Of a stretch of 64,000 bases of DNA, positions 30,043 to 40,016 are shown piece by piece. The stretch is from Histomonas meleagridis 2922-C6/04-290x (Eukaryota; Protista; Parabasalia): the NCBI GenBank assembly GCA_020184695.1, contig JAANOX010000046.1, positions 78,466 through 142,465 of the forward strand. The letters run 5' to 3'. Below the pieces are notes generated by a model. It was not told where the DNA came from. It did no database searches and saw nothing but the letters and a program-made list of their open reading frames with translations. How positions within the stretch are numbered: position 1 is the stretch's first letter; each line of letters begins with the position of its first letter. The position numbers and the translations under genes were made by a program.

Positions 30043-32409
30043 ATGAGTCTACCTCCAAATTTTGATTATCACTTAACACAAAGCGAAAAAGAACACGTAG
30101 GAAAGTTAGTTCCAGCAAATCAAGCAAAAATTCATTTTGCATTTCGTGCTAATATCATATATGAAGATACGTCATATCAAAATGTATGCGTAGCTCTATC
30201 AGAGCACATGATAAATATTTGCAAAAAACAATTTTTTGGATTTACAATGGGTGTTTTAGAAACCATTCATTTTTTTAAAATCAAGTCCTTAACAGTTCAA
30301 AAAGATAAAGTTCAAATTCAATTACCGGAATCCTCTCTTACTATCTTCACCCCAGTTATTATAACTTTTGTTAATCTTCTTCTTCGAAATTATATTTTAG
30401 CTTCTCCAATGTTACCTTCAAAGTATCGTTTTCATTTTCGTCCTTATGATTTTTCACTTTTCACCAAGCCTCATGTTCTTCTTTCCCCATCGCAACAGTT
30501 TCAATTTTCATATAACTCAAATTGTTCATTTTATGAAACTAGTTATTTCCATGAAATTCCAACTCTTTATCATCATCTTCTTAATATTCGCAACTGTATT
30601 TTTGATCTGAATGATTTACCACTTCATGTCATCGAGAATGGATTATCAGGTGAAAGTGATACTCGACCACTTATGACGTCACTAATGTTTTCTCCGTACA
30701 TCTATGGGTTTAATTGTTCGAACATTTCCAAACCTGATATCATTTCATCCATTTCTTCATTCGTCAAGCATAGTAACACATTAAGAATTTTACGACTTGT
30801 CAATGCATCTATTGAATCAAATTCCATTCAATTATCCAAAGCAATACAGCAAAATCGACAATCGTATATTATCTATTGGGATTTATCTAATAATATGATT
30901 AATGATATTTCTAATTTGTTATTATCATTAGAAGAATATCCAGTTCCCATTCAAACATTAAAACTTAATAATTGTGATTTAGATGATGTTGAAATATTAT
31001 ATTTATTAACATCATTAATTAACAATTCTAATTTACATTCGATTCGACATTTAGGTTTTTATGGGAGTAAAATTAATGTGTCGAATTGTGAATATTTATG
31101 TGATTTACTTGAGATATTAAATGAAGAAAGTTTGGAATGTCTTGAAATAGGGCCAATTATTAATCCGAATGTGGTCTTTCAAACATTATATGAAAGACCA
31201 CAACCAATGAAATCATTAAAAATATATAATACATATTTTAATAAAGAAATTGTGGATACATTTAACCAATATATTAATTCATTAACGAAATTAGAAGAAT
31301 TAGATTTATCATATTGTAATTTCGATGATAATATTCTCGAACAAATATTAAACGTTTTATTAAGTAATGAATTCATTACGAAAATTAAAATAAAATTAAA
31401 TTGTATTAAGTTAAAAGGTAATAAACTTAATAACTTAATTAATTCAGTTACTGAAAACCTTAATAAAATAATTGGCATCGAACTCGATGAGAATTATTTC
31501 ACTGTTTTAGAATTACAAAACTTAATAAAATATTTAAATCATATGGAAAACCTTGAAACGATTTCATTATCAAATAACTTCACGAAGAAATTTGTTAATA
31601 TTTCATCGGAACTCATAAAAATTCTTCATTTACCAAAACTTAAGAAGATAATATTAAAAGGTAATGACACATATTATTTAGAAAGAGAAACATTACCAAT
31701 AATTGAAGAACTTATTAATAATGATACAATCGAATACATTGATTTAAGTGGTAATAAATTTGGTGATGAAGGATTACTTAAATTAATTAATGTAATAAAG
31801 AATAACAAAACATTAAAACATATAATTATTAACAATGAAAACATATTACAAATACAAAACATTTATAACTTATTAGAAGTAATAATTAAAACATCGAAAA
31901 CTTTAATCGAATTTCCTTTGCCGAATGATGATATATATAACATATTAAGTAATGGTAATCTCGAACAAGAAAAATTGGAAATTTATAATTTACAAATGCA
32001 ATTACAAAAATGTTTAATATCAAACAGAGTAAAGTTCGGATTCGTTTCGAATTTGTACTTGTTAAATGATAATGTTCTAAATGAAATAATGGACGAAATG
32101 ACAATGGATATGAACGAAAGATTAAATGATATATTAATTAATGAACACTCGGCTGCAAATGTGTTGGTGGGCTTACCAATGCCTTTCGAAACAGAAAATA
32201 TCGAAGAGTTCGAAAATTTGATTGAAGAAAACGCAGAAAATGATTCGATGTTGTTAAACGGAAGCGTGAAGGAACATACGGATGAAGAAGTGGTGAATGA
32301 TTTGAAGGAAATGTTGGAGAAGTTGCAGTCGAGAAGAAATGAAAGAAAAACAAAAACATATCTCATGTTTGAGGAAGACTTTGACGATGATAATAACGAA
32401 GAAAATTAA
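30043..32409 (+). CDS. RNI-like LRR protein with PH-like N-terminus (CARMIL-like)
   Basis: 788-aa ORF with repeated LxxLxLxxN/C (YWDLSNN, LKLNNC, LDLSYC, IDLSGNKFGDEG) and an acidic C-terminus. Confidence 0.7.
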   Translation: MSLPPNFDYHLTQSEKEHVGKLVPANQAKIHFAFRANIIYEDTSYQNVCVALSEHMINICKKQFFGFTMGVLETIHFFKIKSLTVQKDKVQIQLPESSLTIFTPVIITFVNLLLRNYILASPMLPSKYRFHFRPYDFSLFTKPHVLLSPSQQFQFSYNSNCSFYETSYFHEIPTLYHHLLNIRNCIFDLNDLPLHVIENGLSGESDTRPLMTSLMFSPYIYGFNCSNISKPDIISSISSFVKHSNTLRILRLVNASIESNSIQLSKAIQQNRQSYIIYWDLSNNMINDISNLLLSLEEYPVPIQTLKLNNCDLDDVEILYLLTSLINNSNLHSIRHLGFYGSKINVSNCEYLCDLLEILNEESLECLEIGPIINPNVVFQTLYERPQPMKSLKIYNTYFNKEIVDTFNQYINSLTKLEELDLSYCNFDDNILEQILNVLLSNEFITKIKIKLNCIKLKGNKLNNLINSVTENLNKIIGIELDENYFTVLELQNLIKYLNHMENLETISLSNNFTKKFVNISSELIKILHLPKLKKIILKGNDTYYLERETLPIIEELINNDTIEYIDLSGNKFGDEGLLKLINVIKNNKTLKHIIINNENILQIQNIYNLLEVIIKTSKTLIEFPLPNDDIYNILSNGNLEQEKLEIYNLQMQLQKCLISNRVKFGFVSNLYLLNDNVLNEIMDEMTMDMNERLNDILINEHSAANVLVGLPMPFETENIEEFENLIEENAENDSMLLNGSVKEHTDEEVVNDLKEMLEKLQSRRNERKTKTYLMFEEDFDDDNNEEN

Positions 32410-32483
32410 TAAAAATCTGTTTTTGATTAAATTTTTTTGTGTAACTTTTACATAAAATCAAATTTATACGTCAAAGAAAACAT

Positions 32484-32622
32484 TGTTTTTCACTTGTGGA
32501 TTCACTATCTTTAGAATCTGTAACAAAACAATGGGTTCCAGAAATAAGACACTACTGTTCTGGTGTTCTTATTCTTTTAGTCGGTACGAAATCCGATATT
32601 AGAGATCAACCAAACCCTAAAG

Positions 32623-32628
<6 letters not shown>
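32484..32628 (+). pseudogene. Rho/Rac GTPase internal fragment, truncated by a (TA)n tract
   Basis: CFSLVDSLSLESVTKQWVPEIRHYCSGVLILLVGTKSDIR matches the Rho beta4-G4 region. No G1-G3 upstream. Confidence 0.75.

Positions 32629-32710
<82 letters not shown>
32629..32710. repeat. (TA)41 microsatellite
   Basis: 82 nt of pure TA, read directly. Confidence 0.98.
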
Positions 32711-32714
<4 letters not shown>

Positions 32715-32718
32715 CCGA

Positions 32719-34469
32719 CAGTTAGGGATTTAAACGTGTCCTAGGAATCGAAGTGGTCCCATACGTTAAAATACGTTAATAAATAATCTTTAATAAAACC
32801 TCATTTTTCTCAATGTCAACATCAACACCAGCAATGCCACTAGATGAAATTAAACAAAAATTAGATACTATTGATATTTCTTAAAGATTTACTCGATCAT
32901 TATTAAGGAATTCAGACTTTATGAACTTAGAATATAAAAATCATCAGTTTTGTTTTCTTCACAAATATGCATCTGAATCAGATGATGTTACTTTCACTTT
33001 TTATCAACTAGCATTCGTCTTTAATATGTGCCGTAAAACTGTATCTAGAAGTATTTCAAACGGCCCACAAGATCCAAAATCTTTAGGTCGACATAGAGCC
33101 TTAGATGAAGATAAAAAAGAAATAATTGTTCAAGCAATTATTGATTCATCTAATAAAGGTCATGCAATGACCCAAAGGCAGCAATTATCTTTTATCAAAG
33201 AAAAATTTGATTTATTTTTAACAAAGGAATGGATAAATCAATTTTATCTTAGAAATATAGATAAAATTAAAAAATGTAGATCACTTCCTCAAGAAAACAC
33301 AAGAATGACAGTTTCTAGATAGCATATAAGAGAACATATCCAAAACATGCATAAACATGTGGATGGAAGATTAACAGAATTAGTTTTTAATTTAGATGAA
33401 GTAGGCACTTCATCTTGGGAAGATCGAAATCCGAAGATAGTTTATGTTGATGCTAAAATTAACTCAAACAATGTTCATCATTTTTCAAAAAGAAAAGTAA
33501 TTCATATGACACTCCTTACACGTGTTTCAGCAGCAGGTGATGCTCTTACTCCCATGTTAAAATAACCAAACACTTATATAGTGATGATTTATGGATAAAC
33601 GGTTTACGACAGAATGAAGATGTAATGATTCGTATTCGAAATCCACCTTACGTTGATTCTGAGTTATTTAATGAATATATTAATGATGTATTGATTCCAT
33701 ATGTCAAATGTGTAAGAGAAAAATATGAAGTTGAGAAGTATGAAGCAATTTTATTAATGGATTCATTTGGTGCGCATTGTAACGTTGATATTTTAAATGT
33801 TCTCGGAGAAAATAAAGTAATTGTTGCATGTTTTCCTTCCCATACCACAAACATTTCCCAAGCCCTTGATTTGTCATTATTTGGCGTATTTAAAAAAATC
33901 GAAAATACTGAAGATGAAGAAAGCCAAAAATGGTAGAAAATGCAATTATTGTCATATTAAAGGCATATGAGCAGACCACAACATCATTTAACATTCGTGG
34001 GGTATTCAGGAGGGCAGGAATATATACTAAAACTGTTGCTGGTAAGAGAGTTGTTGAATTTGTTGCCAAAGAGCTGGTTTCGAATCCGGGATTTCATGAA
34101 CTTTGGAATTTTAATATAAAAATCGATGAAGTCAAAAAGAAAAGGCAACACAAATTCGGCATCGTGAATTCTGAATACCTTCCACCTGGTTGTACTTTTA
34201 TTAGCAACGAAACTCCAAAATATGAAGATGAAGATGAAATAAATCAACTTTTGCAATAAAAATTAAATTGCACTTTTTTACTTATCTATTTGAGATATCA
34301 TAGTTTAAATAAATATTTATACTTAAAAGAATAATTTAAATTATTTTTATAAATATAAATTATTAAAACCAATAAATAAATGAGATATTTATGTTTCAAA
34401 AATTTCTGACATCTAAGTGTAAACGTATGAACAACTTTAATTCATGGGACACGTTTAAATCCCTAACTG
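32719..34469 (+). mobile_element. pogo-like (Tc1/mariner superfamily, DDE_1) DNA transposon, about 1.75 kb, defective
   Basis: TIRs CAGTTAGGGATTTAAACGTGTCC are perfect for 23 nt and imperfect to about 49 nt. The right end is followed by TA, the left is preceded by GA. Encloses a transposase relic. Confidence 0.9.
32813..34259 (+). pseudogene. DDE_1/CENP-B-type transposase pseudogene
   Basis: ATG 32813 preceded by Inr-like TCATTTT. HTH-like N-terminus, FNLDE, ILLMDSFGAH and HTTNISQALDLSLFGVFK motifs. Two in-frame stops (about 32881 and 33320) and two 1-nt frameshifts (about 33560 and 33928). Confidence 0.9.
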
Positions 34470-34753
34470 TATTTTTTCAGATAGAGGGCAAAAAAAAGAT
34501 ATATTTCGACTCTTTAATGTGCGGTCTTGATGATGATTATAATTAATGAACTTTGAATTTTTGTAAATGTATTGAACTACGATTTTCAGTATTATAAAAG
34601 TAAGAAATTTTAAAATGTATCAAAGTTAAAATTCTTCTGCATTTAAAATTATTCAACAATGGTTATGTGTTTTTAATTAATTAAAATGTATTTGCTAAGA
34701 ATTGTTAAAAAACAAATGATATTAAAATTTTATTTATATAACTTAAAACACGT

Positions 34754-36298
34754 TCAATTATATCTTTGTTTTGCCTTTTTGAATCTAGATAATGGATTAT
34801 CTTCTTCTTGTTCTTCTTTACCTTCTTTCTCCTCTTCTTTCTGTTTCATCTTCTTTTCCAAGAGTTGTTTATTATACTCTTCCTTCATCATTTGTATTCT
34901 CTTTTCCATGGATAATCTCTTTTCTTTTGTACCTGACGCATGTTCTTCTGGTTTCTTTATCATTCTGTGTTTTTCTAATTCTTTTGCACGATTCATTTGC
35001 TTATCGATGGGGCGCCCCACTTTAAACGGTCCCTCTCTCTCCATTGTGATCATGTCGTATGGGATTTTATCTAATAAGCCCCGAACTTCTTGTTCTTGCC
35101 TCCATCTTTTCGTTGCATAAGGGTTTGCGACGTTAGAGTCAATATTAGGTTCACCACTGCCAGGAACAACAGCAGAAGAAATTCCATTTTCTAAACCACA
35201 AATAGCAAAATCATCGAATGTTACAAATTTCAATGATTTAATTGGCGAATTAAAGTTATTTTTCAAAAATGGATTTTTGGCATCATAAGTCTTATAGAAG
35301 AAAACGACAGTTCCACGTGCTGCTGCTAAAACACCAGTAGCAGAAAATGCAACAGATGAAGCAATGAAATCACTTGTTCGAGAATAAATGCGATCAAAAT
35401 TACGCATATCCCATATTTTAACAGTTCCATCACAACCAGCTGTAGCTAATTTATTACCACTGATATCAATATCAATAGATGTAAGTGGTGCTGGATGCGT
35501 AAAAACTGTGGCAGCTGGTTCTGCCATGTTTGGTGTCCAAAAAGATACAACACCATTGCCTTGCCCAAGAGATACAACACCGTTGTGACGGTTGTAGCAC
35601 ATGCAGTTGGGGCGCCCCCGTTTAGTTCTGATGTTGGCGACCGTTTTGCCATCGGTTACATCACTATAAACAAGACGACCGTTCTCGCTGGCAGAAACAA
35701 GAAGCCAATGTTGGCGAAGGAATGTAATGAAAAGGGGTTTCTTGTGGTCTAAAAGTTCATGAATTTGAACTCCATTCTTATCATGAATATAAACAAGCTT
35801 ATTTGTTGCCATTGCTGATAATGTATCATCATAAAGAAATGTGACATCACGAACTTCACCTTCAGGGAAAAGTTCAAAAAACTTTTTACCTGTATACCAA
35901 TCAAATGATGCAAAATGGCCACCTGATCCACCTAATAAAATTGTCCTGCCATTAAGGGTAATATCTGCTCTATATGGGCCGTTATCTAATTTAAAATCGA
36001 ATTTTCTAGCTGCAATTACAATTGGAATATCGTCTAAAATTTGATTTTGTGTAAGAAGTTCATCACCTTGGATATAACCTTTGTCAACTGTTTTAAGCAT
36101 TTCGGAGCGTGCAGCACCACGTGCAGCACGAACGAAATCATTTCGATTATTAACAAGTTCTCTTTTTACAGTTAAAGATTTTACTTCTGATAAATCTTCT
36201 TCATTACCATCAGCACCTCTGAGATAATTTTCATATACTTCTTTTTCTTCTGGGATGAACCATTGGTCTCTGTCTATTTCTTGGTCATTCCTTTTCAT
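34754..36298 (-). CDS. UTP7: U3 snoRNP WD40 protein Utp7/WDR46 with BING4CT domain
   Basis: LDNGPYR...NGR.ILLGG..GH.A.FDW and VPGSGEPNIDS..ANPY.TKR.RQE.EVR.LLDKIP.DMI. Confidence 0.92.
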   Translation of the reverse strand: MKRNDQEIDRDQWFIPEEKEVYENYLRGADGNEEDLSEVKSLTVKRELVNNRNDFVRAARGAARSEMLKTVDKGYIQGDELLTQNQILDDIPIVIAARKFDFKLDNGPYRADITLNGRTILLGGSGGHFASFDWYTGKKFFELFPEGEVRDVTFLYDDTLSAMATNKLVYIHDKNGVQIHELLDHKKPLFITFLRQHWLLVSASENGRLVYSDVTDGKTVANIRTKRGRPNCMCYNRHNGVVSLGQGNGVVSFWTPNMAEPAATVFTHPAPLTSIDIDISGNKLATAGCDGTVKIWDMRNFDRIYSRTSDFIASSVAFSATGVLAAARGTVVFFYKTYDAKNPFLKNNFNSPIKSLKFVTFDDFAICGLENGISSAVVPGSGEPNIDSNVANPYATKRWRQEQEVRGLLDKIPYDMITMEREGPFKVGRPIDKQMNRAKELEKHRMIKKPEEHASGTKEKRLSMEKRIQMMKEEYNKQLLEKKMKQKEEEKEGKEEQEEDNPLSRFKKAKQRYN

Positions 36299-36686
36299 TT
36301 TGGGGTGACCTTGTTTTCACATCACATGTCTTTGTTACTACATTTCGGAGAAATTCTCTTAAAATACTATTCATTAAGGTATATAAAAGAGAATAAATAA
36401 CAATATCTAAGTTATTTCTTAAACAGCAAACTGATATTAACCATAAAAATTTTGATTTAGTTTAATTTATATTAATTTAGATAATATATAATTTAAAATC
36501 AAGACCAAGAAATCACCTAAAAAAATCAAAAAAAGTAATGTGATTTACTTGTAAGACAAAAGAAATCAGGTATATAGATTCCTTTTGATCCTCCTTTAAC
36601 TCCTCAGGACATTTAAATACTTTACGTGATCGGACTTAATTGGCCTGAAACAAGGAAATAAACGTTCAAAAAGGAGAAAGCTCCAA

Positions 36687-38171
36687 ATGTTTTCTTTGTT
36701 AGTTGGATTTATTTTCGCTGCTCGAGTTACCCAACATTTAGGAGAACCTATTTTATCAAAATTGTGTGACGAAAATTTATTAATTTATACCAAAGAATCG
36801 TTTGTTTCAATGATAGATGATTCAACTGGTTCCATTCAATGGCGTCAACTAATTCACCAAGTTCAAGCATTTGATGTAGTCAATGATATAGTGATAGTTG
36901 GTTCCAAACACTATTATTATATTTTAGATAAAGAAACTGGTCTTATCTTGTATCAATATCATCATCAAGTTAGGACAGTACGAGAAATCACTAAATCGAA
37001 TGACACAGTTGCGATTCGTGGGGAAGGAATTCTTCGTATATATGATATTGAAAATCTCATTTTAAGCATTGACATTCCAGAAAATAATGAGAAAGGCTTA
37101 CTTCTTACCAACACTACAGTAGTTTGTGGTTCCACTGAGTATGATTTAACCACTGGTTCCAAACTTGGATCTCGATCAATCACATACCAAACAGCCGATC
37201 TTCGATATTTACCCACAGTTATTGAGCGCTATTCCGAAGGTACACTTAAATGGCGTATTGATGAGCCACTTCAAGGTTCCACACTTCTTACTGCGATTTC
37301 CAAATCAAAAATTCTTCTCAAAAACGACACACATCTTCTTGTCTATGACATTAGCCAGCAACTTCTTGTTCTCTGCGAGCCATACATTGTTGAAAGCATT
37401 GACCAAACCACAGATGGTGTATACATTCGTACGTCCAAAGAAGTTTTGAAGCTAAATCCGAAGACATTATATCTCAGCAAATACGACGGCCGCGTTGAAG
37501 GCGGCAGCTTCGTGAACAATACAATTCGCATTAAGAACGCGCAATTTACGTTTCCATCATATTGTACACCGAAATGTAGTTGCGCATCACCGACAATTGG
37601 AAGTTTCTTAGCCACATCGCAATGCAACGAAATGATTTCTGTTGCGATCTTTGACAAGAACGGCAAGAACAAATACTTAGTTGAGACAGAAGGTTCCATT
37701 GGCACGTGTTGGTGCAATGATAACTCCGCGTCAATCTCATATTATAAGCCCAAGAAGAAGACTTCGTACATTAACTCGTTTTCGCTGTTGAATAATTCGC
37801 AACGCTCGTTCACTACTGAAGAACTCGTTGTAGCTGCGAATAATAACATATTAATTCTGGCCGACGGAGAAGTGATATCAATACCCGAAGCGAAGTATAA
37901 CGGAAATGTGCAATTCCAACAAAGTTATACGCAACAATTTTACGAGCCCGACTTAAGAGGAGGAAGAAGAAATGGCGCATACGAAAACGCGAGAAACATC
38001 GCAAATGGATTCGGTGTTGTGGTGGTGCAGAGCAATGACATATACACACTGGATGACGAAATGGGTTTCCCGGCTTCAATGCACTTGCTTGTGGTCGGCG
38101 CGTTCTTGGTGCTGAGCTTGGGACTGTATTTGAACTCTTTGTTCTCAAAGAAAAGTTCGTTTTGGAAATGA
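36687..38171 (+). CDS. Type I membrane protein with PQQ-like propeller start, EMC1-like (short)
   Basis: Signal peptide MFSLLVGFIFAA, YTKESFVSMIDDSTGSIQWRQ, and a C-terminal TM followed by a KK..W tail as in EMC1. Confidence 0.5.
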   Translation: MFSLLVGFIFAARVTQHLGEPILSKLCDENLLIYTKESFVSMIDDSTGSIQWRQLIHQVQAFDVVNDIVIVGSKHYYYILDKETGLILYQYHHQVRTVREITKSNDTVAIRGEGILRIYDIENLILSIDIPENNEKGLLLTNTTVVCGSTEYDLTTGSKLGSRSITYQTADLRYLPTVIERYSEGTLKWRIDEPLQGSTLLTAISKSKILLKNDTHLLVYDISQQLLVLCEPYIVESIDQTTDGVYIRTSKEVLKLNPKTLYLSKYDGRVEGGSFVNNTIRIKNAQFTFPSYCTPKCSCASPTIGSFLATSQCNEMISVAIFDKNGKNKYLVETEGSIGTCWCNDNSASISYYKPKKKTSYINSFSLLNNSQRSFTTEELVVAANNNILILADGEVISIPEAKYNGNVQFQQSYTQQFYEPDLRGGRRNGAYENARNIANGFGVVVVQSNDIYTLDDEMGFPASMHLLVVGAFLVLSLGLYLNSLFSKKSSFWK

Positions 38172-38594
38172 ATAAATCCAAAAATATTATTACAAATATT
38201 CGTTTCTACATATTATATAATATATTGTATAATTGCTATAATTATATTCGATATCTGCAAGTGTGCTAAAGATGTTTTAAAGATTCTAATTTTGGTGAAA
38301 AAATGCGCATTTTGTTTGAAGAATAATTTACTGATTTTAATGGTTGGAACCTTTGGGAAAATAAGATATGATTGATAAACACTTCCTTAATTTTTCATCA
38401 AAAGCAGGAAATATAAATCAAATTTAAAATTTCTTGAAGAAAATAGATAAAAAACATTAGCTAATGAATCCAATCGGACTCAGAGTATTTGTACTATTTC
38501 GTTTTGACAAATTTTCACTTTAATTACTGTATCATCAATTTTTTGCTATACGATAGGCGAAAACCGTTAATTAACTGTGAGCTGTCGATAGGAA

Positions 38595-39461
38595 ATGGAA
38601 ACAAGCTTCGACCAAAGCGCACCAAGGAAAAAGAAAAAGGGAAAGAAAGGCGGAAGTGGTGAAAAAAGTAGATCTAATGGGGATAACCCATGGGGATTAT
38701 TTGTAACTAATTTCAAGATTAGTAATAAAGATATAATTCCTCAAATATTAGGAAAAAAACTTGCAGAACATAATATTCAACTAAACGTGGATCTCAATTC
38801 CGAAGATTCTAGCTTCCACTACATAGGACCTCCTTCTATCACTTTTCCTGGCTATTTGATAAATACCCAAGGTCATCCAATTGATAAAATACTCAAATTT
38901 GGGAATGGGATGTTTATATTCAACCAACCAATATGGATTGTCAAAACTCCGGCTCCATATTTCCAGTTTTTTACAATATTCAATCAAATTTTCTCTGAGT
39001 CAATTACTGAAGGAATATGTGACCTTTCAGACCTAAAGCAAAAGGTTTTAAATAAGTCTAATGCAGAAGATTATCTCAAGGTTGTATCATTGAATAATCC
39101 TGATTTCGCCGAATTCACTCTCTTTTACCTCGGATCATATGCTCGCGAGTCTTTCTTCCTTGTTCATACCCTTGTTCTCCAGAATAATGAGATCAAGTAT
39201 ATCAATGAACCAATGAAGAACGTCGTCAGATTTTTGCCTGCGCTTAGAGTATTAGATCTTTCAAATAACCCGATCGCAAAGCAAGCCGTTGACACAATTC
39301 CGGGCGTATTTCTCAAAACCAGCGACTGGGAAAAGAGGAAAAATAACAATGATGACGAAAACGAAAGCCAATTTCGACCAGGAAGAAGTTCACAGAGAGG
39401 AAGAAAAGGCTTTAGTAGTTCGAGGAGCCAGCGCGAAGAATGGGGAACTGAAGATGAATAA
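38595..39461 (+). CDS. LRR protein with basic/RG-rich ends, possibly NXF1/Mex67-like (RRM-like + LRR only)
   Basis: CDLSDL...HTLVLQNNEI...FLPALRVLDLSNNPI. M3-like AACCGTTA at 38562-38569 upstream. Family call is tentative. Confidence 0.45.
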   Translation: METSFDQSAPRKKKKGKKGGSGEKSRSNGDNPWGLFVTNFKISNKDIIPQILGKKLAEHNIQLNVDLNSEDSSFHYIGPPSITFPGYLINTQGHPIDKILKFGNGMFIFNQPIWIVKTPAPYFQFFTIFNQIFSESITEGICDLSDLKQKVLNKSNAEDYLKVVSLNNPDFAEFTLFYLGSYARESFFLVHTLVLQNNEIKYINEPMKNVVRFLPALRVLDLSNNPIAKQAVDTIPGVFLKTSDWEKRKNNNDDENESQFRPGRSSQRGRKGFSSSRSQREEWGTEDE

Positions 39462-40016
39462 AAATGTGTAAATAAGTCTACGGTACAATGCATTGCATTT
39501 ATATTAAATGTTCGAAATGAAATTAAAAATAATCTGAATTTGAAAAATCATTGAAATAAAGCAACAAGAGAATATCTTTATTGAAAATAAAAAAATAATT
39601 ACATCTAAGATGAACATAAATTATATTTTTTCAACAGCAGAAAAAATTGATTAATAGTATATGAAATATTAATAATATTAATAATTAATGAAGCATACAA
39701 AATAAAAACAAAGATTTTCTATTGGAATATTAGATTAGTATATGGTTCTTCATATATGTTATATTTTTAGAATAGATTGAATGCAAAATATCCATCAGTC
39801 AATGATGAAAATTGTCTTAACGTTGAAAAATTTCAGGAAATGTGATGGAATCTGATACTTGATTTCATCTTTTTTAGCGTTTTCTTCCCTTCAAGTGAAG
39901 TTTTTGAATAACTTGTGGTTATAATGGAATGTTTCGATTGTTTATTTTTATGACACTGAAATTTTCTATATAATCAGAAAAATTTAACATTTAATTTCTT
40001 AATTTGACTAATTGTC

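Noticed and set aside
32496-32744. ORF with a YIYIYI run
   Set aside because: Translation of the (TA)41 microsatellite fused to a Rho fragment.
34075-34092. GGTTTCGAATCC resembling a tRNA T-loop
   Set aside because: Inside the transposase relic, with no cloverleaf around it. No tRNA or rRNA gene was found in the window.
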